Source: an uncultured Candidatus Saccharibacteria bacterium (GTDB taxonomy: Bacteria; Patescibacteriota; Saccharimonadia; Saccharimonadales; Saccharimonadaceae). Taken from it: a stretch of 64,000 bases of DNA. Each line of letters starts with the position of its first letter. Position 1 is the stretch's first letter. The stretch is from assembly GCA_948868795.1 (NCBI GenBank), contig CAQRDK010000005.1:12205-76204 (forward strand). The letters are read 5' to 3'. Both the position numbers and the translations under genes were made by a program. Below the pieces are notes generated by a model. That model saw nothing but the letters and a program-made list of their open reading frames with translations, was not told where the DNA came from and searched no databases. Shown piece after piece: positions 9,950 through 19,783 of this stretch.

Positions 9950-10588
9950 ATGGAAGCCCAGATACAACAAATTAAGTCCTGGCTCGGGATTGGCAGCATA
10001 AATATCTTCGGTCTGCCGATGAGCGGAAAAGATACAGTAGGCGTGCAGTTAGCAGAGAAACTGGGCGCGAAGTTTTTATCATCGGGAATTATTGTGCGAG
10101 CGATGGAGCAGGCGACTGGGCAATCTTTGAGTCATGATGGGAAATTGGTGCCGTCGAGCGTGTTTTATGACTGGGTGCTGCCATACTTCGAGAAAGAGGA
10201 ACTATGGAAGTATCCGCTAGTTTTGTCTTCGATTGGGCGCTGGGCGGGCGAAGAAGACGAGGTGATGGCGGTAGCAAAATCGAGCGGACATACGATTCGG
10301 GCAGCAATTGAATTGAAACTTTCGGACAAAGATGTGGTTGATCGATGGGAAGCGGCAAAGATTTTGGGCGATCGTGGACTGCGCGCAGATGATGCGGACC
10401 CGCAAGTCTTCCAGACGCGAATTGATGAGTATCATGAAAAAACTTTGCCAGTTTTGAAGCGTTATCAAGAACTAGGTCTCCTTATCTCGGTTCCGGCGGA
10501 TCTTCCGCGGGAGTTGGTTTTTCAAAATGTCGTGAACGCGTTGGCGAATTTTGCGAGCCGCACGGGCCGCTTCGTGCCGGAACTGTAG
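9950..10588 (+). CDS. Adenylate/nucleoside monophosphate kinase family protein
   Basis: P-loop GLPMSGKDT, GKLVP, RADDA..FQTRIDEYHEKTLP. Confidence 0.8.
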   Translation: MEAQIQQIKSWLGIGSINIFGLPMSGKDTVGVQLAEKLGAKFLSSGIIVRAMEQATGQSLSHDGKLVPSSVFYDWVLPYFEKEELWKYPLVLSSIGRWAGEEDEVMAVAKSSGHTIRAAIELKLSDKDVVDRWEAAKILGDRGLRADDADPQVFQTRIDEYHEKTLPVLKRYQELGLLISVPADLPRELVFQNVVNALANFASRTGRFVPEL

Positions 10589-12103
10589 CGCGATATAAAT
10601 CGCACTGAGCGAAACGATCAGAATGACGATACCGAGAGCAACGAAAGTCGTGTCGCTAGACGAGGTGGTAGGGACGAGGGCATAGTCAGCGCCTTCGTTT
10701 GGTTTGGTGATTTTGCGGCAGCGATTAGTCGTAGGGTTGCGTTCGTAGCCTTCGGCACATTCTTTCAAAGTTGGAGTAGAATCTTCGATATTTTTACAGC
10801 GGCCGGTGAGCGGATTGCGGTATTTCCCTGCCGGACATTCAGTTGTCGTGGAAGTCGTTAGGTTGACGCAGTTTCCGGTGAGCGGATTGATAACTTTTCC
10901 GGCAGGACAGGTGCGAAAAGTTTGGGAATTATTAGCAGAACCGGGCGTGGGATCATAGGTGATTGACCAGCTAGCGATACCATTTGTATCGTAAAATAAG
11001 GCATAGCTGGTAGACTTTTTCTGGCCATGAGAATAGATAAGTTCGTCGACGGCTTCTCCGTCGGCGTCGATGAGCGAAACCGAGTTGTTTGTCGTGGGAT
11101 TTTTCGTAAAAGTAAAAGTGGGGCTAGGATAGTAAGCGAGGTAGCCACTAGCAGGAATTATGCCGGAAAGTGGATAGGTTTTATTCTTGTAGCCGATTTG
11201 GCAACCGTCGAGGTCGACGTCTTTCAAGGTCGGGTTGTAGAGCTCGACGAATTGTTCAGAAGCATCGTCGGAATAGTAGGTTAAGATTTCCGAGAATTCA
11301 AGGCCGCGGCATTTCGGAGTGAGGGCAGTTTGTTCATCTTGGTCAGGCTCTGGCTCGGGAAGATAGAGGCTGGGAAAGTCTGGATCAAAATGCGGTTCAT
11401 GTTCGGAAAGATGTTCAAAGGTGCCAGTCGATAAATTGCGGACGAGGGTAGTCGGAGAAGAACTTTTGAAAGGCTTTTCGCAATCGTCTTTCCCTGTCCA
11501 GCAAACCTGGTCGATTACTTCGTCTTCGTAGACAAGTTCGAGCGGGCCGGCGGTCATGGCGAGGCTGGAGGAATAAGTAAGTTCGGATTGGTCGGAGTCG
11601 GGAGATTTAGCATAACGCATGAGGAGAAACTCGCCGGTCATGAGCGTTCCTTCTGGAAAAGTGTGTAACGTGATGACTTTGCCACTTCCGTTAGTGTAAC
11701 GAACCGAAAAACCGGCGAGCGAGATTGTGGTGTCGGCAAGATTCTGGAGTTCGATAAGTTCGCCGACGTTGCTTAACTTATCTACGGTATAGCCGGGGTT
11801 AACGGCTTTGATGATGAGCTGAGTAGAAAATTCGTAAGATTCATCTTCGGGAGGAGATTCAGGATTAGCGGAATCTTCTGACGTGGGAGGGTTTTCGGGA
11901 GTAATGGGCGGGGATGTTTCGAGACTTGGCTGAGTTAATTCGGAGAAATCCGTTTGAGGGCTGATGATTGCTGAAAAGTCGTGATGAAGTTGTTTGAAGA
12001 AAGTTGGCGCGGCGGAAAGATAAGTCGATATGGCACTTGCGAAAAGAAAAATAAGTGCGCTGAATAGGAATTTGAGTTTAATTTGGGATAAAAATTGCTT
12101 CAT
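10472..12103 (-). CDS. Lamin-tail-domain surface protein with Cys repeats and C-terminal TM
   Basis: Signal peptide, ELIELQN and QFVELYN LTD motifs, TPG, three CxxGxxxNPxTxxC repeats. Confidence 0.75.
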   Translation of the reverse strand: MKQFLSQIKLKFLFSALIFLFASAISTYLSAAPTFFKQLHHDFSAIISPQTDFSELTQPSLETSPPITPENPPTSEDSANPESPPEDESYEFSTQLIIKAVNPGYTVDKLSNVGELIELQNLADTTISLAGFSVRYTNGSGKVITLHTFPEGTLMTGEFLLMRYAKSPDSDQSELTYSSSLAMTAGPLELVYEDEVIDQVCWTGKDDCEKPFKSSSPTTLVRNLSTGTFEHLSEHEPHFDPDFPSLYLPEPEPDQDEQTALTPKCRGLEFSEILTYYSDDASEQFVELYNPTLKDVDLDGCQIGYKNKTYPLSGIIPASGYLAYYPSPTFTFTKNPTTNNSVSLIDADGEAVDELIYSHGQKKSTSYALFYDTNGIASWSITYDPTPGSANNSQTFRTCPAGKVINPLTGNCVNLTTSTTTECPAGKYRNPLTGRCKNIEDSTPTLKECAEGYERNPTTNRCRKITKPNEGADYALVPTTSSSDTTFVALGIVILIVSLSAIYIALQFRHEAARAARKIRQRVHDILKNQLPRKIRRNRDKET

Positions 12104-12270
12104 GACGGAAGCATAGCACAGAACGAGTCGATTTACCAAGCACAAGCACGATACTTTTTTGAAAAAAGTCGGAAAGTGTGGTATTTTGAGGAAACGCCCC
12201 CTTCCTAGCGTAGCACACTTTCGTCAATAGATACAAGCACAGGCACGATAAATTATGCTATAATTGTATT

Positions 12271-12963
12271 ATGGATATGGTTATTCCGTTCAGCGAGGTG
12301 TTTTTAGCGGCTGTTATTCACGCAACTTTGCAGCTGGAGCTGGGCGCTTTGCTGCTTTTGTACCATGCGAGTCTTGGAAAACACGTGCGGAAGAAGACGA
12401 AAAACTTAGTTGATAGTTATATCGCGGGGATTGGGATGTTGGTTTTTCTAGCGGTGGCGGCGATTGCGTTTATTTTGAGTCATATTTTCGGGACAGAGTT
12501 GTATGCGGAAGAGATTTTGATTGTAGTGGGGATGCTGGTGGCGCTCGCGATCGCGGCTTGGGCATTTTATTATCGGCGCGGAAAGAGTACGGAGCTTTGG
12601 CTACCGAGAACGGTAGCGCGGTTTATTGATAAGCGGGCGAAAGAAACGAATAGCAATACCGAGGCGTTTTCGCTGGGAGTTTTGACGAGCTTGGCGGAAA
12701 TGCCATGGACGATGGTTTTGTTCGTGGTGGCGGCGAACAGTATTATTGTATTGCCGTCGGAGTGCCAACTGTTGGCCGTGGCGTTGTATACGATTATTAC
12801 AATTATCCCGCCGGTGGTGCTCAGGATAGCGATCCGGAAGGGGCAGACGGTGGTAGATATTCAGCGGTGGCGAGTAAAGCATAAGAGTTTTATGCGGGTG
12901 ATTACGGGCGTAGGATTTCTGGTTTTGGGCTTCTTTATCTTTGCGTTTGAGGTGTTAGGATGA
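12271..12963 (+). CDS. Six-TM membrane protein (CcdA/DsbD- or GAP-like, LysE superfamily)
   Basis: Six hydrophobic segments; LGVLTSLAEMPWT resembles the ELPCT motif. Confidence 0.6.
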   Translation: MDMVIPFSEVFLAAVIHATLQLELGALLLLYHASLGKHVRKKTKNLVDSYIAGIGMLVFLAVAAIAFILSHIFGTELYAEEILIVVGMLVALAIAAWAFYYRRGKSTELWLPRTVARFIDKRAKETNSNTEAFSLGVLTSLAEMPWTMVLFVVAANSIIVLPSECQLLAVALYTIITIIPPVVLRIAIRKGQTVVDIQRWRVKHKSFMRVITGVGFLVLGFFIFAFEVLG

Positions 12964-13220
12964 AACGGAAAAAAGTTGAACAATTTAGTTTTAATGAAAA
13001 GGGTCTGCGCGACGACATCGTAGAAAGCGCGGTGGCGATCGGGATTCCGGAGGGTACAGCGAAGGCGATTGCGGAAAAGGTAGCTGCGAAAACAGCAACT
13101 TGGGCGTCGATGAGAGCGGTGATAACGGCGGATGATTTGTTCCGGCGAGTGGCACAGGAAGCGGAAAAATATAGTGCGGATTTGGCTTATGTTTATCAAA
13201 ATCGTGGTAAAATAATATAA
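12960..13220 (+). CDS. Small protein, ATP-cone-like
   Basis: ATGA overlap; FNEKGLRDDI...IAEKV...ITADDL...LAYVY resembles the ATP-cone pattern. Confidence 0.5.
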   Translation: MKRKKVEQFSFNEKGLRDDIVESAVAIGIPEGTAKAIAEKVAAKTATWASMRAVITADDLFRRVAQEAEKYSADLAYVYQNRGKII

Positions 13221-13222
13221 AT

Positions 13223-14590
13223 ATGGCGGGAAGGAAGTTTGACTACGAATATCTGGTAATTGGCAGCGGCGCGGCAGGGAGCGCGGCGGCGCTTTTGGCG
13301 GCGGGACTGGGGGTGAAGACCGCAATCGTCGAAGCGGATCGATGGGGCGGGACGACTTTGAATTATCGTGATGTTCCCTACGCGGCGGCGCTAGGTTTTG
13401 CGCAAAGATATACGGAGGCGGTCGACGGAACGAGGTTCGGGATGTCGAGTGCGAACTTGCGCTATAATTATCCGACGGTTCTAAACTGGCAGGCGACGGC
13501 AGTGCGGCGCGCGGGCGGCGGCAACCGGAAGGTTTTTGAGAATGCGGGGATTGATTGTTATCATGGATTTGCGCAGTTCATAAGTCCGCATGAAATCGCG
13601 GTCGGCGAACAGCAGATTAGTAGCGAAAAGTTTTTGCTCGCGACTGGGACAGATTTGGCGGTGAGCGGGATTTCTGGGGTGGAGCTGGTGAATTGCTGGT
13701 CGCCGGATACGGCGCTCAGAATGGCGAAGTTGCCGAAGGCATTGATGGTGGTCGGCGGAGGTTCGACGGGCTGCGAAATTGCGGAGTATTTTGCGGCGCT
13801 AGGCGTGCAGGTTTTGATTGCGGAAGCGCAGGATAGATTATTACCACGCGAAGATCCGGAAGTGAGTGAAATTATTGAGCAGCATCTGCGTAAACATTTC
13901 CAGGCGGAGATTTTGACGAATTCTCGGGTCGTAGCATTGGTGCAAGAGGCGAAAGCAAAGCAGGTGGTTTTCGTGCGCGATGGTCAGGAAAAGTCGGTGC
14001 GGGTCGAGGCGATTGTGCTCGCGACGACGCCGGAGCCGAGCACGGATTATGGCTTGGAAAATGCGGGCGTGAAGTTTTCTTATCGCGGCGTCGAAGTGAC
14101 GAATGGGTTGAAAACGACAAGTGGACACATTTGGGCAGCGGGCGACGTGATTGGCGGTGAGAGTTCGACAGAAAAGGCGACCTATGAGGCACGGCTTGCG
14201 ACGATGAACGCGCTGAAGAAAGTTGGAAATACGGTGAATTATACTGGGTTCGTGCGGATGACAAATACGATGCCGCAGGTCGCGAAAGTCGGGTTGAATG
14301 AAATCGAATGCGTCCAGCTCGGACAGAAACAGAAAACAGTCTTGGTGCCGATTGACCTCGTGAGTGCGGCGAACACGAATGATTTCCGAGAAGGATTTAT
14401 CAAATTAACTTCGGACATGAAGGGGCAAATTCTCGGGGCGACAGTCGTGGCGCCGAATGCGGATTTGATTGTGCAGGAGATTTCGCTGGCGATTCGAAGC
14501 GGGATTAAAGTCTCGGAGTTGGCGGCGACGCCGCATATTGCGACGAGCTGGAGCGAGGCGGTCAGAATTGCGGCAAGGGAGCTGGCGTAG
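13223..14590 (+). CDS. Pyridine nucleotide-disulfide oxidoreductase family flavoprotein lacking redox Cys pair
   Basis: GSGAAG, ATG, GGGSTG, AAGDV, dimerisation domain; GGTTLNYRDVP in place of GGTCLNxGCxP. Confidence 0.85.
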   Translation: MAGRKFDYEYLVIGSGAAGSAAALLAAGLGVKTAIVEADRWGGTTLNYRDVPYAAALGFAQRYTEAVDGTRFGMSSANLRYNYPTVLNWQATAVRRAGGGNRKVFENAGIDCYHGFAQFISPHEIAVGEQQISSEKFLLATGTDLAVSGISGVELVNCWSPDTALRMAKLPKALMVVGGGSTGCEIAEYFAALGVQVLIAEAQDRLLPREDPEVSEIIEQHLRKHFQAEILTNSRVVALVQEAKAKQVVFVRDGQEKSVRVEAIVLATTPEPSTDYGLENAGVKFSYRGVEVTNGLKTTSGHIWAAGDVIGGESSTEKATYEARLATMNALKKVGNTVNYTGFVRMTNTMPQVAKVGLNEIECVQLGQKQKTVLVPIDLVSAANTNDFREGFIKLTSDMKGQILGATVVAPNADLIVQEISLAIRSGIKVSELAATPHIATSWSEAVRIAARELA

Positions 14591-14846
14591 AGGATTACTA
14601 CAAAAAGAGACCGTTTTGGCCTCTTTTTTGATGGTTCCGCTCCCAGTTGCATTATTGTCGAATAGTTCCGCCCCAGCCGCCGCCCCGCCAAATAAGTTCT
14701 TAAGTCTGTTGGGTAGACTTATGAGATTTGTATTACGATATCGATTTTATTGTAAAAAAGGAATAAGTATGTACTATATCGACGTATATATATTATATAT
14801 GTACCTATTTGGCGGTTGCGGAGGCTGGGGCGGAGAAACCTAAGGA

Positions 14847-16430
14847 TTAGCGAGCAACACAGCGGACGAAGATACCATTGCGGCGGCCATATTCGGCGTT
14901 AACTGGATTGACGGCATCGGTTCCTTCAACGGAAAGACTGTAGGCATAAACTTCGCTAGAGGATACTGATGTGTCCGTCCAATAGTAGCCGCCCCAACCG
15001 GCGTAATTTAATAAACCATTTGAATATTGGCTGACATAGCCACCCTTAACGAAGTAGTACGGGCTGGTGGTGATTTTGGCTGGGTCGCCAGAAATATCAC
15101 CTGCGGCAGCAAGGCCCTCAAAGCTCAATGCTCCGTTACTGGCTGGCAATTTCCAACCTTTCGGGCAGATGCTGCCAGAGGCTTGACCGCTCGTAATTGT
15201 TCCACCGGTTCCGGCAGTAGCAGTATTCCATTGATAATGATTGCCTACAAGATAATGAGCATCGTATTCGTTCCCAAAAACTGTTTGCTTATGGCTCGTA
15301 TAGAAATTAGCATCCATCGAAGCTGCAATGTTCGCAACATTAGTAAACTGCGATGCGCAGTCCGCAAAACTATTTTTCTGCGCCCCGCAGTTTGTAGAGC
15401 TATCGGGATTAGTGATAACAAATTTTCCTAAACTCCAGGAACGCGTCGCGGTATTAGAGGCGTCGACGGTCGTAGAAGTTGCGGTTGTCGCCGTCGCTAC
15501 TGGCTTATATTCCGTATTTATAGCGTCATAATCCGACGGGTTTGCGTCCGGCCATTCGGCACCAAGATCAAGGTCAAGGTTCTGTGTCATCCAGCAGTTA
15601 TTATCCGGAAGTTTGGCAACCCAATAACTTTTATTGTCACGGAGATCGATAAGTTGATTGGTGTCACCAAGCTCGCTAGCTGCGCAAACTTCGAACGTCA
15701 TTTCTTGCATCTTTGTTATGGAAGTTAAGCCGGTGATTTCCAAAGGGCTAGAAATAACAGAGAGTGTGATTTGGTTTTGGTAGGTGTCGGCCGGAACCTC
15801 GTTATTAATATTGGCAGCAAAACCCAGAACATAAGTTTTGATAATTTCTGATGTAGTTCTGCCGCCGGTTCCTATCTTTGTGCCGCGGTTGATTTCTACT
15901 GGATTATAAACAGCATTTTCCGGCACAGACGTCCCCTCGCCATAGTAAATACCCCATGAATTAGCAGGCAGTTCGTCATAATTTGTCGCAGTTTTAATAC
16001 TAGATATGGCTTCACCTTTATTGACGCCGACAAGCCCGGTGGTTTTTGCTCCAATATAAATGGTGTAATTCTCGGCGTTCTGGACAGTGATTTGGGCGCT
16101 AGTTTCTAGCTGTTTCTTTACCCCGGCTTCAGTAGTTGGAATCATTTCGCCGGAAACTTCAGTCGGCGTGAAAGAAATTTCAACACGACTGTCTAATGAT
16201 TGGGAAGTTAGTTCAGTTTCCAATGCGCTGACAGAAGTTGTAGCAGGGTTAATAAGTAGGAAGGTTAGCAGAAATAAACATACTCCAGAAAGTTTAAAAC
16301 ATACTTCCGCAATAAAAAAACATGATATTTTTCTGGAGCATGTTTCTCTGAAGCCAGAGTATGATTCTCCAGAGCTAGAGCATATTGCCCCGCGTAGGGA
16401 GTTAAAGTTTTTATTATGACGTTTTAGCAT
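14847..16430 (-). CDS. FISUMP (Fibrobacter succinogenes major paralogous) domain surface protein
   Basis: DLRDNKSY, CWMTQNL, YQWNTA, SICPKGWKLP, YYWT, GIFVRCV; GGAGG RBS before 16433/16430. Confidence 0.8.
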   Translation of the reverse strand: MLKRHNKNFNSLRGAICSSSGESYSGFRETCSRKISCFFIAEVCFKLSGVCLFLLTFLLINPATTSVSALETELTSQSLDSRVEISFTPTEVSGEMIPTTEAGVKKQLETSAQITVQNAENYTIYIGAKTTGLVGVNKGEAISSIKTATNYDELPANSWGIYYGEGTSVPENAVYNPVEINRGTKIGTGGRTTSEIIKTYVLGFAANINNEVPADTYQNQITLSVISSPLEITGLTSITKMQEMTFEVCAASELGDTNQLIDLRDNKSYWVAKLPDNNCWMTQNLDLDLGAEWPDANPSDYDAINTEYKPVATATTATSTTVDASNTATRSWSLGKFVITNPDSSTNCGAQKNSFADCASQFTNVANIAASMDANFYTSHKQTVFGNEYDAHYLVGNHYQWNTATAGTGGTITSGQASGSICPKGWKLPASNGALSFEGLAAAGDISGDPAKITTSPYYFVKGGYVSQYSNGLLNYAGWGGYYWTDTSVSSSEVYAYSLSVEGTDAVNPVNAEYGRRNGIFVRCVAR

Positions 16431-16508
16431 CACAGCCCTCCTTTTAGGTATTAGACATCTGCTTGGATGTCGTAAGTTAGAGCGAGACAAGCCGATTGCT
16501 TGTGTACC

Positions 16509-16684
16509 AAAACAAAAACGACACCGCAGAGGTGTCTAATCCCGCCAATGAGCTAACATGCAGTTTTACCTAACATAACGCGCATTGTCTGCGGTGCCGT
16601 TTCCGACGTGTTATGGTTAGATATTACTGCTGAAAATGCCAGCTTGGTATTAAAAATGTTAGCTATTTCTAGCGAGATTAGACA
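16509..16684 (-). ncRNA. Candidate structured leader RNA (nested stems, pseudoknot, terminator)
   Basis: 16670-16684 pairs 16533-16547; 16656-16664 pairs 16551-16559; 16607-16630 pairs 16560-16582; loop 16588-16602 pairs 16516-16530; begins at predicted TSS. Confidence 0.65.
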
Positions 16685-16689
16685 TTATC

Positions 16690-16718
16690 ATTGTAGCGCA
16701 GATTTCCGGTTTTGGCAA
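16690..16718 (-). promoter_or_regulatory. Sigma70 promoter of leader/FISUMP gene
   Basis: TTGCCA-17 nt-TACAAT. Confidence 0.65.
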
Positions 16719-17039
16719 ATAAAAAGTCTACGAGAGTATCGAAATAATGAAAGTTATAATGAAAAGTTTCGTGCGAGAAAACTTTTTGTTGAGAAAATAA
16801 ATTAATTTTAAAAATTGGAATAAAAATACAAAAAATTAGACGGATGATTTTTAGCGAAAAGTGGCAAAAAAATAAAATAATAAAAATTTTCTGAGTAGAT
16901 TTTGGAGGAAAATTAGGGATTTTTTAGAGAAGTTTTGAAAAATTAAAGTTGAGTCGTGAATAAAACTGCGGGGGAAGTTATTCGCGGAAAGGCGACGCGT
17001 AAAAAGGAAAAGTTATTGTAATTCTTTGTATTAGATGAT

Positions 17040-17981
17040 TTAGCCCTGGATGATGGTGCCGGCGCGGCGGGCGAGGGCGAGCTCGAGTTGTTCCGGGGAG
17101 GTGATGATGCCGAGTTTTTTCTTGCGGGCGAAGTTCGTGGCGGCTTGGATTTTTGGAAGCATGGAGCCAGCGGCGAAGTGGCCGGCGGAGATGTAGTTGT
17201 CGACCTCGCGGGGAGAGAGGAGGCCGAGAGCGATTTGGTCGGGACGGCCGAAGTTGATGTAGGCGTTCGGGACGGCGGTGACGGAAACGAAAATGTCGGC
17301 CTTGACAAGCTCGGCGAGCTTCTCGGCGGCAAGATCTTTGTCGATGACAGCGTCGACGCCCTTCAAAATCTTGAGGACTTTGGTGCGGGTGACGGGAATG
17401 CCGCCACCGCCGACAGCAATGACGATAGCCCCCGAATCGACGAGAGTGGTGATTTCTTTGCGCTCGACGATATCGAGGGGTTGTGGCGAAGGGACGACGC
17501 GACGATAACCGCGACCAGCGTCTTCTTTCATTTCCCAGCCTTTGAGCTTGGCGAGTTTGACGGCTTCTTTTGCGGTGTAGAATTGGCCGATAGGTTTCGA
17601 AGGGTGTTTGAAGGCGGGGTCGGTTTTATCGACGACGACTTGAGTGACGACGCTGACGACTTTTTTATGGCGATGTTCCCTAGCAAAGGCGTTACCGATG
17701 GCTTGGGAGAGCCAGTAGCCGATTTGGCCTTGACTCATAGCGACTGCGGTTTCGAGAGGCATGGCTGGGGCGGCCGGCGTAGCGGCAGACTCTTCGTGAA
17801 TGAGGATGTTGCCGACCTGAGGACCGTTGCCGTGGGCGACGATAATTTCGTATTTGTTCGCAAGGCGCGCGATTGTGCTGCCGATTTGTTCGGCGACGGA
17901 TTTCTGGGCTTCGGCAGTTACTTCCCCACTTTTCTGGAGAGCATTGCCGCCGAGAGCAATAACTACGCGCGTTTTCTTCAT
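17040..17981 (-). CDS. arcC: Carbamate kinase
   Basis: VIALGGNAL, HGNGPQVG, KPIG, RRVVPSP, AVIDKD, GSMLPK. Confidence 0.95.
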   Translation of the reverse strand: MKKTRVVIALGGNALQKSGEVTAEAQKSVAEQIGSTIARLANKYEIIVAHGNGPQVGNILIHEESAATPAAPAMPLETAVAMSQGQIGYWLSQAIGNAFAREHRHKKVVSVVTQVVVDKTDPAFKHPSKPIGQFYTAKEAVKLAKLKGWEMKEDAGRGYRRVVPSPQPLDIVERKEITTLVDSGAIVIAVGGGGIPVTRTKVLKILKGVDAVIDKDLAAEKLAELVKADIFVSVTAVPNAYINFGRPDQIALGLLSPREVDNYISAGHFAAGSMLPKIQAATNFARKKKLGIITSPEQLELALARRAGTIIQG

Positions 17982-18079
17982 ATAAAAAGTATACGCTAAA
18001 AGTAAAGTTTTGGCAAACTGATTATGGTTTCGGCGGATTATTTGCGGTTTGTTGTAATTTTTACAACATTTTGCGATGA

Positions 18080-19333
18080 CTAGAAGCCGGGTTTGCCGAG
18101 GCGCATGAACATATTGGTTTTGTAGGCTTCGACGCCGGGCTGGTCGAAAGGATTGACGCCCTGAAGCTTCGCAGAAATAGCGCAAGAAAGTTCGAAGAAA
18201 TAGACGAGCGCGCCAAGCGAGCGGGCGGAAAGGTCGGGGGCTTTGATTTCGAGAACTGGGATGCCGCCAGAGCGGTGCGCGACGATAGTGGCGTCGAGAG
18301 CGTTCTGATTGATGAAGCTAAGGTTCTTACCGGCGAGATAGTTCAGACCATCAAGGTTTTGGGAGTCGGAAGGAACGGCAAAATCGGTCGCCGGGGCTTG
18401 TTCGAGTTCGAGCATGGTCTCGAAAATGTTGCGGCGACCTTCCTGGAGATATTGGCCAAGAGAGTGGAGGTCAGTCGTATAGACGACGGAGGCCGGGAAG
18501 ATTCCCTGGTTCTGTTTGCCTTCGGATTCGCCGAAAAGTTGCTTCCACCATTCTTCAAAATATTGAAGCTGCGGCTCGAAAGTCGCGAGGATTTCGACGT
18601 CGTGGCGGCTTGCGGCGAGTTCGGCGCGGGTGGCGGCGTATTTTATCGCGGCGGCGTTCGCGAGCTGATGATCAAAAGTGTCGTGGTATTCCGCAGCGGC
18701 ACCGGCGAGCAAATTGTCGATGTCAATGCCGGCGACAGCGAGAGGCAAAAGACCGACCGCGCTAAAAACCGAGTAGCGGCCGCCGATGTTGTCCGGGACG
18801 ACGAAGCGGGTGTATTTTTCTTGGAGAGCTTCGTCATGCAGAGCGCCGCGGTTCGCGTCGGTCGTGGCATAGATGCGAGCGCGAGCGCCATCGGAGCCGT
18901 ATTTCTGGATGAGTTTTTCTTTCAGGAAGCGGAAGGCGACGGCAGGTTCGGTCGTAGTGCCAGATTTCGAGATAACGTTGATAGAGAAATCAGCGTCGCC
19001 GAGAGTTTTCAAAAGTTTGTCGAAGGCGAGCGGACTTAAGGAGTTGCCAGCATAGAGAATCTTGGTCTTCGCTTCAGTTTCCGGGAGGCTTCCGAGAGCT
19101 TCGATGAGAGCACGGTGGCCGAGGTAGGAGCCGCCAATACCAATACAGACGAGGAACTTGGAGTCGGACTGAATTTTCGCCGCAGCGGATTTGATGCTGG
19201 CGAGCTCTTCTTTGTTGTAAGTTTCAGGTAGTTCGAACCATCCGCCCATAGCGTCGGCACGGATTTGGCTGATAATTTCTTGAGTAGCCGCAAGACTCAC
19301 CGCAACTGGCTGTTCGGTGTTAAACTGAATCAT
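18080..19333 (-). CDS. pgi: Glucose-6-phosphate isomerase
   Basis: GIGGSYLG, ISKSGTTTE, GGRYSV, QLFGESEGK, NPFDQPGVEAYK. Confidence 0.97.
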   Translation of the reverse strand: MIQFNTEQPVAVSLAATQEIISQIRADAMGGWFELPETYNKEELASIKSAAAKIQSDSKFLVCIGIGGSYLGHRALIEALGSLPETEAKTKILYAGNSLSPLAFDKLLKTLGDADFSINVISKSGTTTEPAVAFRFLKEKLIQKYGSDGARARIYATTDANRGALHDEALQEKYTRFVVPDNIGGRYSVFSAVGLLPLAVAGIDIDNLLAGAAAEYHDTFDHQLANAAAIKYAATRAELAASRHDVEILATFEPQLQYFEEWWKQLFGESEGKQNQGIFPASVVYTTDLHSLGQYLQEGRRNIFETMLELEQAPATDFAVPSDSQNLDGLNYLAGKNLSFINQNALDATIVAHRSGGIPVLEIKAPDLSARSLGALVYFFELSCAISAKLQGVNPFDQPGVEAYKTNMFMRLGKPGF

Positions 19334-19358
19334 TTTTACCTCCTATTTTGAGTTCGGG

Positions 19359-19754
19359 TTATCGTTTGCCGCGCTTGATATATGTATCTTCTTTTTCAAG
19401 CTGAGCGCGGAGAATATATTCGCGGCATTGGCCGGATTCGTCGCAGTTCGCCGGTTCGTAGCTATAAGAGCTGCCGTCGATGCCGAGGTTGGTGCCGAAG
19501 GGATCGGTAAAGAGTTCAGGGTCGATGACCGGGAGGACGTCTTCCGAGATTTCGGATGGGTAAAAACCGTTGTGAGACGGGGCATAATATTCCTCGAGGG
19601 CATAATACATGGCGTTGATAGCAACTTTGCGGTCGTCGTCGCGATCCATGGCGTCGACGTTCGCCTTCTGGACGAAGAAAATAATCAAAAGTAGCGCGGC
19701 AAAAGCGCCGACAATCATAAGTTCGATGAGAGTGAAACCTTTTTTGGCCTTCAT
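19359..19754 (-). CDS. Type IV pilin / GspG-like prepilin
   Basis: KKGFTLIEL N-methylation motif, TDP motif, C-terminal Cys pair. Confidence 0.85.
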   Translation of the reverse strand: MKAKKGFTLIELMIVGAFAALLLIIFFVQKANVDAMDRDDDRKVAINAMYYALEEYYAPSHNGFYPSEISEDVLPVIDPELFTDPFGTNLGIDGSSYSYEPANCDESGQCREYILRAQLEKEDTYIKRGKR

Positions 19755-19783
19755 AGTATTATTATAACACGGTTAGTGGCTAG

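Noticed and set aside
14847..15100. FISUMP C-terminus as a diversity-generating retroelement variable region
   Set aside because: No reverse transcriptase and no near-identical template repeat seen in the window
16730..17035. AT-rich intergenic tract as replication origin
   Set aside because: No DnaA-box cluster or change in G/T skew seen
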